From positions 2,272,083 to 2,336,082 of the forward strand of contig JBMNES010000001.1 of assembly GCA_050948905.1 (NCBI GenBank): a DNA stretch of 64,000 nucleotides, given 5' to 3'. Position 1 is the stretch's first letter, and every line of letters begins with the position of its first letter. Made by a program: the position numbers and the translations under genes. This document shows positions 56,850 to 64,000 of the stretch, one piece after another. The notes beneath the pieces are model-generated. The model ran no database searches. It worked only from the letters and a program-made list of their open reading frames with translations, and was not told the origin of the DNA. This stretch comes from Armatimonadota bacterium (GTDB lineage: Bacteria > Armatimonadota > UBA5829).

Positions 56850-57602
56850 TTGCTCAAAGTAGATGGGCTTGTAAAATACTACAGAAACAACCTGGCTGTC
56901 GACGGAGTCTCGTTTTCGGTGGCAGAGGGTGAGATCGTCGGCCTTGTCGGACCGAATGGCGCCGGCAAAACCACAATCCTGCGCTGCATCACCGGGATAG
57001 TGCAGTCCACCGAGGGCTGCATAGAAGTAGATGGCCTCGAACTCGCCACAAACGAGGAAGCGGTCAAAAAATCCCTCGCGTTCGTCCCGGAGGTGCCGAC
57101 TCCTTATGAAATGCTCACAGTCTGGGAGCACCTGCGATTTATCGCTATGGCCTACCAGACCCTGGATCGTTTCGACGAACGCGCTGAAGAGCTTATGAGG
57201 CGCTTCGACCTCTACGAAAGGCGCAACGACTTTGTGCTTAGCCTCTCTAAAGGTATGAAACAGAAACTCGCCATCGCATGCGCATTTGTCCACGACGCAA
57301 AAGTCGTCCTGCTCGACGAACCATTGATCGGCATAGACCCCAAGGGCGCAAAAGAGCTTAAGGATATGCTACTGGACCTGAAACAGCGGCAGGGTTCGAT
57401 ACTTATCAGCACACATATGCTCGACACCGCTGAGCATCTCTGTGATCGCATAATAATCATACAACGAGGCGTAATCATCGCAGAAGGCACTCTGTCGGAA
57501 CTGCACGAGCGGGCAAAAATAGGAAACGATGCCTCCCTTGAAGACGTGTTCTTGAGTTTGACCGAGGAGAGCAAGGCGGTTGAAGCCCCTACTATATCTT
57601 GA
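56850..57602 (+). CDS. ABC transporter ATP-binding protein
   Basis: Walker A GPNGAGKTT, signature LSKGMKQKLA, Walker B VVLLDEP. TTG start after GGAGG. Confidence 0.85.
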   Translation: MLKVDGLVKYYRNNLAVDGVSFSVAEGEIVGLVGPNGAGKTTILRCITGIVQSTEGCIEVDGLELATNEEAVKKSLAFVPEVPTPYEMLTVWEHLRFIAMAYQTLDRFDERAEELMRRFDLYERRNDFVLSLSKGMKQKLAIACAFVHDAKVVLLDEPLIGIDPKGAKELKDMLLDLKQRQGSILISTHMLDTAEHLCDRIIIIQRGVIIAEGTLSELHERAKIGNDASLEDVFLSLTEESKAVEAPTIS

Positions 57603-59247
57603 ATATCGATTATTTGTTAACTCGATAAAAAATACACTGCGAAGCCCGGTAAGGCTGATTCCGGCGCTGTTGGTGGCGGCGTTTGTGATCGCGTGGATTA
57701 TGCAAACAGCGATCTTACTGGCAAGCGCGCCGAGACCTAATATGCTCGTATGGAAGACTCTTGGCCCAGCTCTCCACCTCGAAGGCCTGGTCCAATCAGC
57801 GACGTTTCTGCTCCTGAGCTTTGGGACGGTTGTTATATTATTTCACGCGTTTTCCACCGGCTCGCTGATCTTTTCTCTTGCTCACATCGACTTTCTATTT
57901 CCCACCCCCATACCTCGTCGCTCGGTTCTATTGCTGAAATTGTTCAGAGACTATCTTAGGTACACTCTTTGGATTGTTCTTTTTGTGGTCTTTACAGGGG
58001 CGCCAGCTATGCAGGCTCTCGGAGGCAGTCTGTATCCTTATGGTTTTGTCAGTGTAGCCGCGTTGGCTGCTTACTTATTATTTGTGCTCAACGTTACCCA
58101 TACGGTCAACATAGTCTTCACCTTCGGTTTTGAACGGTTCAAGCAGCTTAGTGTTATCGTCAAGTCGCTTCTTATTTTAGTAGCGGCCTCTGCAGTGATT
58201 GTCGGAATATGGCATTTCGCGTGGACCGGAAGCGCCGACTTTAGTTTGCGCGACGCCGCGGCCTCACCTATTATTAGAACAGTCTTCGCTCCGGCGCATT
58301 GGTGCTCGTCGCTGATTCTATCCCCGTTCACCGCGATGAATGCAGAAAAGGTGCGTTTCGATCAGCTCATATTATTGTGGCTGCTGGCTGCAGGCAGTTT
58401 CTTTATGTTGATATCCCGAAAAGAGAACATATACGAGCCATCTCTTGGGGTCAGCGTAAAAGCGGCCAGGATGAAGCAGGCGATGATATCCGGGGATTCC
58501 ACGGCTATTCGCGTGCAAAATCTTCAGGAAAAAGGCACCACCCGGTCCAAACTCCTGTTAATACGACCGTTCGGAAAGGGTGCAACGGCTCTGCTCTGGA
58601 AGAACCTGCTTATGCGTTATCGCATGTCGTGGGGGCAGTTGCTGTTGCTCGTTGTTCTGCCAATCGGGGTGATATTCGCCGTCTCCCGGGTAGACGCGGT
58701 CGAAATACTGCAAAATCTGCCGTTTATCCTGATCTATCTCTCCTTTCTGATGTCGATCACCGTCCAACCCCAGATACGCGCAGAGCTGAAGCATGCAAAT
58801 ATCCTCAAAGCGATGCCGATATCTGCTTACAAAGTGATGTTGATGCAAATTTTGACCGGAACCATATATTTGGCATCTGGCACTCTGGCTTTTGCGATCT
58901 CGATGTGGGCGCTTGTGCCGGCTGCGCGAACGGATCTATTGCCCGCCTGCACAATAGCCTCCATTTTCCTCGGATTCCCATGCGTGGCGGCAACGTCTAT
59001 TCCTGCTCTGCTGTATCCGGATTCGCGCGACCAGGCTCAGAATTTCTTCTGTAATATAATAGGAATGGCGTTGATTGCAGTCGCTTTGGCCCCGACAGTC
59101 GTGCTGGGAGTCGTCCTTGGGGTTTTGCTTGAGATGTCTGCTTACACTGTCATAGCGCCTATCTGTGTGGTGAACTTCATCGTCGGAATGGCGGCTGTGG
59201 CTGTAGCGGGGGCGATATTTCAAAAGTATAATCCCGGCAGCGAGTAG
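57580..59247 (+). CDS. Polytopic membrane protein, putative ABC exporter permease (ABC_export-like), coupled to the upstream ATPase
   Basis: 555 aa with many TM helices. Overlaps the ATPase gene end. The family call is tentative. Confidence 0.6.
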   Translation: MKPLLYLEYRLFVNSIKNTLRSPVRLIPALLVAAFVIAWIMQTAILLASAPRPNMLVWKTLGPALHLEGLVQSATFLLLSFGTVVILFHAFSTGSLIFSLAHIDFLFPTPIPRRSVLLLKLFRDYLRYTLWIVLFVVFTGAPAMQALGGSLYPYGFVSVAALAAYLLFVLNVTHTVNIVFTFGFERFKQLSVIVKSLLILVAASAVIVGIWHFAWTGSADFSLRDAAASPIIRTVFAPAHWCSSLILSPFTAMNAEKVRFDQLILLWLLAAGSFFMLISRKENIYEPSLGVSVKAARMKQAMISGDSTAIRVQNLQEKGTTRSKLLLIRPFGKGATALLWKNLLMRYRMSWGQLLLLVVLPIGVIFAVSRVDAVEILQNLPFILIYLSFLMSITVQPQIRAELKHANILKAMPISAYKVMLMQILTGTIYLASGTLAFAISMWALVPAARTDLLPACTIASIFLGFPCVAATSIPALLYPDSRDQAQNFFCNIIGMALIAVALAPTVVLGVVLGVLLEMSAYTVIAPICVVNFIVGMAAVAVAGAIFQKYNPGSE

Positions 59248-59275
59248 TCCTCTCTTGTTCTCCATTTAGCTCGTA

Positions 59276-59331
59276 CAAAAAAGGCTCCCCAGTCCTGGCG
59301 GACTGGGGAGGAGAAAAGAGGGTGGGAAGGT
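59276..59331 (-). ncRNA. Candidate small RNA 1 (C/U-rich, ends in a canonical intrinsic terminator), minus strand
   Basis: Minus-strand sequence ..gcaaaccuucccacccucuuuucuccuccccaguccgccaggacuggggagccuuuuuu. An 11-bp perfect stem plus U6. A tatatat -10-like box lies just upstream. No minus-strand CDS exists for it to terminate. Confidence 0.35.
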
Positions 59332-59430
59332 TTGCTACTATATATACGACACAACGTTTGGGAATGTTCCACTTTCTTGAAAAAAAGATACTAATGAATC
59401 AGAAAAGTGCATAACGAACAACAAAGACAC

Positions 59431-59486
59431 AAAAAAGCTCCCCAGCCCTGGCGGACTGGGGAGGAGAAAAGAGGGTGGGAAGGTTT
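59431..59486 (-). ncRNA. Candidate small RNA 2, paralogous tandem copy of sRNA 1 (one stem mismatch)
   Basis: Second copy of the same ~75-bp element about 155 bp downstream: aaaaaagctccccagccctggcggactggggaggagaaaagagggtgggaaggtttgctattatatatacgac. Confidence 0.3.
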
Positions 59487-59652
59487 GCTATTATATATAC
59501 GACGCAGCTAATTGGTTCGTTCCACCCATTTTCAGAAAATAATTTGCCGATGATTTATCCACGTGGTAGAATTGAGAGTAGCCGAGAGGCAGTCCACTTG
59601 CATTGAAGTGGATATCAATCGAACAGACACCACACGTCAAAGGACTTATATA

Positions 59653-60762
59653 ATGCCGCTTGTTGTTGGCGTTTCCTTCAGAAAAGTAGGCAAGGTCTAC
59701 TACTTCGATCCAGTCGAACTCGAGCTTCACGAAGGCGATTTCATAATCGCCGAAACAGCACGGGGGATGGAGTTCGGAGAAGTAGTGCTGGAACCCAGGG
59801 AGGTCAGTGAAGAAGACCTCGTGGCTCCTCTCAAACCAATTGTCAGGCTCGCTACCGGGGATGACCTCCAGCGCGAAGCAGCGAATCGGGAACGAGAGGC
59901 CCACGCATTCCAGGTCTGTCAAAGCAAGATCGCGAAGCACAACCTGCCCATGAAATTGCTGGAGGCCGAATACGCATTCGACGGCTCGCAGGTTACGTTT
60001 TCATTCTCGGCAGACGGCAGGGTAGACTTCCGGGAACTCGTCAAAGACGTCGCCGGAACCCTCAGGACCAAAGTCCAACTGCATCAGATAGGCGTCAGAG
60101 ACGAAGCCAAGTTGATCGGCGGATTTGGTACCTGCGGTCGGCCGCTGTGCTGCGCCACCTTCTTAAGCTCATTTGACCCCATATCAATGAAGATGGCGAA
60201 GGATCAGAGCCTGTTTTTGAACCCGGCTAAGTTTTCGGGTTGCTGTGGGAAACTGATGTGCTGCTTGCGATACGAGCACGATTTCTATAAACAGGCACAG
60301 CGATCTCTGCCCTCGGTAGGGGCTGTTCTGCCGCTGGAAAAGGGTGAGGGCAGAGTAATCGACATCAATTATATCAGCGGCGAGATCACCGTACAGACGG
60401 AAGAGGGAGTACAGGTACACATACCCGCATCCAGCTTAGATATGCAGGGTATGTGCCGTCGTCACGGTGTTGGGTGCGACCTGTCCGAGCCGCATTGCCA
60501 ACCTATCTGTGTCGATCCTCACGACTGCGAGTGCATCAGCCAGGATATCGACGATTCCGATGACGACATTGTCGACGAAGACGCGCCTGTGGACTACGAA
60601 GGAGTATTGCAGGTTCCGAAGCACGCTGATGACGCAAATAATGGCAAGTCACATAAGCACAGGCCCAAAAACCATAACTCCAACGGTGGCAAACGCGGAA
60701 TGCGGCTGCGGCGCAAGAAGTCTAATCACGACAATGGACAATCTGAAGAAGGAAACCACTGA
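59653..60762 (+). CDS. PSP1 domain protein (YaaT/RicT-like) with Cys-rich C-terminal extension
   Basis: MPLVVGVSFRKVGKVYYFDPVELELHEGDFIIAETARGMEFGEVV matches the YaaT/PSP1 N-terminus. Conserved CC..C pairs present. Start at the internal ATG; the ORF track extends 30 codons further. Confidence 0.8.
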   Translation: MPLVVGVSFRKVGKVYYFDPVELELHEGDFIIAETARGMEFGEVVLEPREVSEEDLVAPLKPIVRLATGDDLQREAANREREAHAFQVCQSKIAKHNLPMKLLEAEYAFDGSQVTFSFSADGRVDFRELVKDVAGTLRTKVQLHQIGVRDEAKLIGGFGTCGRPLCCATFLSSFDPISMKMAKDQSLFLNPAKFSGCCGKLMCCLRYEHDFYKQAQRSLPSVGAVLPLEKGEGRVIDINYISGEITVQTEEGVQVHIPASSLDMQGMCRRHGVGCDLSEPHCQPICVDPHDCECISQDIDDSDDDIVDEDAPVDYEGVLQVPKHADDANNGKSHKHRPKNHNSNGGKRGMRLRRKKSNHDNGQSEEGNH

Positions 60763-60989
60763 TGCCGATATACGAGTTTCATTGCCAGTCGTGTGATCGC
60801 AACTTCGAACTGCTGATAGGAATAAGCCGAATCCACGAAGCAACGTGCCCAAACTGCGGATCAGGTGACCTGAAACGGGCGGTTTCTACATTTTCCTCGC
60901 GCACTGCAGGGGATGACTGCTATAATCATTCGGGCAGTTCCTGCGATGGCTGCTCTTCGGGCCAATGTGCGACCTGCGGTATGCATTAG
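60762..60989 (+). CDS. FmdB-family zinc-ribbon protein
   Basis: MPIYEFHCQSCDRNFE...CPNCGS: two CxxC pairs typical of the FmdB putative regulatory zinc ribbon. TGATG coupling to the PSP1 gene. Confidence 0.7.
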   Translation: MPIYEFHCQSCDRNFELLIGISRIHEATCPNCGSGDLKRAVSTFSSRTAGDDCYNHSGSSCDGCSSGQCATCGMH

Positions 60990-61098
60990 CTGCGCAATGC
61001 CGCGTTCTACGAAGGAACCGACGCGTGCTGTGCAGAACTTGCGTTTAGCAGCGTGATTTAGCGCATGCCTGCCACATTCCAATCGCTGAGAGATACTT

Positions 61099-63045
61099 AT
61101 GACCAACAAAGCATACTATATAACGACGCCAATCTATTATGTAAACGATGTCCCGCATATCGGCAACGCATACACGACAATTATGGCCGATATTGTCTCC
61201 CGCTATCACAGGCTCAAAGCTGAGCGAACGTTCTTTTTGACGGGTACCGACGAGAACGCAATCAAAGTAGCATCTGCGGCAGCCGATAGAGGAATCCCGG
61301 TGGCTGAATACGTCGATCAGCTTGCCGAGGATTTTAAGAAAGTGTGGAAGAGCCTTGATATAGAATACGACGACTTCATCAGGACCACAGAGCCTCGGCA
61401 CACGCAGGTTGTAAAGTCGATATTTAAACGACTTCTCGACCAGGGTGATATCTACGAGGGCAGTTACGAAGGCTGGTATTGTGTGCCGTGCGAGACTTTT
61501 CTGTCTGATTCTGAGCTTGTAAACGGCAAGTGCCCTTCTTGTGATCGAGATGTCGAGTGGGTGGAGGAGACCAATTACTACTTCAAACTCTCCGCATACT
61601 CCGATAGATTGCTGGCTCACATAGACGCCAATCCAGATTTCCTGCAGCCGGAGTTCCGCAAAAACGAGGTAGTCAGCTTCATCAAACAGGGCCTGCGCGA
61701 TATCTCCATAACTCGCGACAACAGAGGGTGGGGGATACCTGTTCCGGGCGACGATAGCAAAGTGATCTACGTCTGGTTTGATGCGCTTATTAACTATATC
61801 AGCGCCACGGGTTATCTCACCGACGAGGAGCGCTTTAAAAGCATCTGGCCTGCGGACCTGCAGCTTATGGGCAAGGACATCTTTGTGAGATTCCATTGCA
61901 CGTTCTGGCCGGCTATGTTAATGGCGCTTGATCTTGAGCTACCTAAGGTGTTGTTCGGTCACGGGTTTTGGACTATCGACGGCGAGAAGATTTCCAAATC
62001 TAAAGGAAACGCCATCTCCCCGGCCGCGCTTGCAGAGGAGCTTGCTTCGGAATCCGGCGCTTCAAGGGACGTATGCCTCGATGCGGTGAGATATTTCTTA
62101 TCCCGCGAGGTCACGCTCGGATTGGACGGGGACTTCTCCATCAAATCGTTCAGAAACCGGTTCAATTCTGATCTGGCCAACGACCTCGGCAATCTGCTCA
62201 ATCGCACTCTTAGCATGCTCGGCAAATACTTTGATGGAGCTGTGCCGGACCCGAAGAGTTTCGGAGGCGGGATGCGAAGCGAGATATCGGAGACAGCGCA
62301 GGCGGCTCTCGGCTTTTGCGATAAATTTGAATTTACCCGGGCCCTTGAAGCCATCTGGCAGTTAATAGGCTCCGGAAACAAATATATAAACGACACCGAG
62401 CCTTGGAAGTTGGCCAAACAGGACAACACCGACGAACTTGCCGGGGTGCTGTACTCAGCGCTCGAAGTCGCGAGGGCGGCGGCTATTATGATATCCCCGT
62501 TTATGCCCGCGACGGCTGCCGAAATAGCTCGCCAGTTGGGTATGGCGGACACGTTTGCCTCGCTAAAATGGGCCGACATCACCTCAGATAAGTCAATTCA
62601 GGTCGGGACCAAAATCCAGGGGCCGGATCCAATATTTCCAAGGCTAGGCAGCAAACGCAAGGAGGAAGCGAAGGTGACCGAAGAAGCCAAGGCCGCTGCA
62701 ACGGAAGAAAAAACACAGGATCGCATAAACTACGACTACTTCAGCAAACTCGATATTCGCATCGCTGAGGTATTGACAGCAGAGCGTATCGAAGGCGCGA
62801 ATAAGCTCCTGAAGCTGACGGTTAATCTGGGTGATGAGCAAAGGCAGATTGTGGCTGGGGTTGCTGCTAACTACGAACCCGACATGCTTGTTGGTCGAAA
62901 GATCGTGCTGTTGACAAATCTGGAACCCGCGAAAATCCGTGGGGTTGTGTCAAACGGAATGCTGCTTGCAGCGACCGACGCCGACGGCGGGGCTGTGCTC
63001 TTGCAGCCGGATAAGGATGTGGCGCCCGGCTCGAATGTAAAATAG
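61099..63045 (+). CDS. metG: Methionine--tRNA ligase (with C-terminal tRNA-binding domain)
   Basis: YYITTPIYYVNDVPHIGNAYTT (HIGH). Zinc knuckle CVPCETF..CPSCD. KISKS (KMSKS). C-terminal EMAPII-like domain (DIRIAEVL..). Confidence 0.9.
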   Translation: MTNKAYYITTPIYYVNDVPHIGNAYTTIMADIVSRYHRLKAERTFFLTGTDENAIKVASAAADRGIPVAEYVDQLAEDFKKVWKSLDIEYDDFIRTTEPRHTQVVKSIFKRLLDQGDIYEGSYEGWYCVPCETFLSDSELVNGKCPSCDRDVEWVEETNYYFKLSAYSDRLLAHIDANPDFLQPEFRKNEVVSFIKQGLRDISITRDNRGWGIPVPGDDSKVIYVWFDALINYISATGYLTDEERFKSIWPADLQLMGKDIFVRFHCTFWPAMLMALDLELPKVLFGHGFWTIDGEKISKSKGNAISPAALAEELASESGASRDVCLDAVRYFLSREVTLGLDGDFSIKSFRNRFNSDLANDLGNLLNRTLSMLGKYFDGAVPDPKSFGGGMRSEISETAQAALGFCDKFEFTRALEAIWQLIGSGNKYINDTEPWKLAKQDNTDELAGVLYSALEVARAAAIMISPFMPATAAEIARQLGMADTFASLKWADITSDKSIQVGTKIQGPDPIFPRLGSKRKEEAKVTEEAKAAATEEKTQDRINYDYFSKLDIRIAEVLTAERIEGANKLLKLTVNLGDEQRQIVAGVAANYEPDMLVGRKIVLLTNLEPAKIRGVVSNGMLLAATDADGGAVLLQPDKDVAPGSNVK

Positions 63046-63118
63046 CGGCTGCGAATTGCCGATTGACGCCGCCCGGCTGGGATTGTATCATTGGAACAAC
63101 TCGACATTAGGACGGGAA

Positions 63119-63601
63119 ATGGAACGACAAATACTATCCATACTTGAACGGGACGCCCGCACTCCGGCTTCCAAAATTGCGGTGATGCTTGGAATCTCGG
63201 AAAAAGAGGTAACTGATGCAATTGAGGACCTCACCAACAGAGGGGTCATCAGATGCTATAAAACCGTTATAGACTGGGATAAAGCCGGCAAGGAGCGGGT
63301 ATTTGCATTTATCGACGTTCGTGTGACCCCCAGCAGAGGAGCTGGGTACGATCAAATAGCGCGCCGTATTTATAAATATGACGAGGTGCACTCGGTATAC
63401 TTAGTATCCGGTGACTATGACCTGCGAGTCGTTCTTGAAGGCAGGACGATGCAGGAAGTGGCCTTCTTTGTGGCGGATAGGCTGGCCACACTTGACGGTG
63501 TGCTTTCGACAAGAACCAATTTTCTGCTAAAAAAATATAAGGACAGCGGAGATATATTTGAGGACTCTGGCGAGGATTTTCGACTTGCCGTTTCGGCCTG
63601 A
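63119..63601 (+). CDS. Lrp/AsnC-family transcriptional regulator
   Basis: MERQILSILERDARTPASKIAVMLGISEKEVTDAIEDLTNRGVI HTH, followed by a RAM domain. Confidence 0.8.
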   Translation: MERQILSILERDARTPASKIAVMLGISEKEVTDAIEDLTNRGVIRCYKTVIDWDKAGKERVFAFIDVRVTPSRGAGYDQIARRIYKYDEVHSVYLVSGDYDLRVVLEGRTMQEVAFFVADRLATLDGVLSTRTNFLLKKYKDSGDIFEDSGEDFRLAVSA

Positions 63602-63667
63602 TTTGAACAGTCGGGTCGCTGGTGAGTCGCGATTGCGCAGGCTCTGATAGCTCGCCGTGGAAACATA

Positions 63668-64000
63668 GATGAAACCTATCTCTCGAATGGTAACTTCCAC
63701 GCCTGCGTCGGGTATACGCAGGTTTTTTGATGTGGCTGCAAAAATGCCCGATGCGATCTCGCTGGGCGTCGGGGAGCCGGACTTCGCCACGCCCTGGCGC
63801 GTGCGCGAAGCGTGCATATATTCGCTGGAACGAGGTCGCACCAGCTATACATCCAACTACGGAATGTTGGAACTGCGCGCTGCCATCAATGAATATCTAA
63901 TCAAGCACGAACAAGTTGAATATAATCCGGAGACGGAGATATTAATCACGGTCGGGGTAAGCGAGGCTATGGACCTCGTTATGAGGGCGCTGCTGGACCC
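63668..64000 (+). CDS. Aminotransferase class I/II (aspartate-aminotransferase-like), 5' part; runs off the right edge
   Basis: My own translation gives MKPISRMVTSTPASGIRRFFDVAAKMPDAISLGVGEPDFATPWRVREA..NYG.LELR.AI, a typical class-I aminotransferase N-terminus. Confidence 0.65.

Overview
This 64 kb window is a chromosomal segment from a fairly GC-rich bacterium, roughly 55-60% GC by eye. It is densely packed with housekeeping genes on both strands. Identifiable operons include gatCAB, a complete oxidative pentose-phosphate cluster (tkt / gnd-zwf-opcA-pgl / rpiB) followed by glyA, and a cell-envelope block (wecA-like, wecB, AI-2E transporter, uppP). A nine-gene purine operon (purD-E-B-S-Q-L-F-M-N) lies downstream of dnaB-rplI, and mlaFED-like and metG are also present. 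The gene order is Terrabacteria/Firmicutes-like (SigH-like sigma factor, YaaT/PSP1, pur order, zwf-opcA-pgl), yet outer-membrane-associated functions (Mla, a PEP-CTERM protein) are present. Three things are not ordinary. (1) A low-GC island of about 1.5 kb sits immediately after a tRNA-Gly/tRNA-Cys pair. It carries its own promoter and two translationally coupled genes: one with a DUF3800-like N-terminal CDESCH motif and one with no recognisable family. This is a candidate uncharacterised defence or toxin module. (2) Next to it is a peroxiredoxin whose peroxidatic Cys codon is an in-frame TGA. The TGA is followed by an fdhF-like SECIS hairpin, which makes the gene a predicted selenoprotein rather than a pseudogene. 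(3) A family of mosaic intergenic repeats occurs at six or more loci, all in the same orientation. Its modules include a terminator-like hairpin, a hairpin with a conserved TCTCCGWM loop and covarying stems, a 110-bp tandem array, heptamer microsatellites and CT-rich degenerate arrays. Separately, a tandem pair of putative C-rich small RNAs lies upstream of yaaT. No CRISPR array, integrase or transposase was seen.
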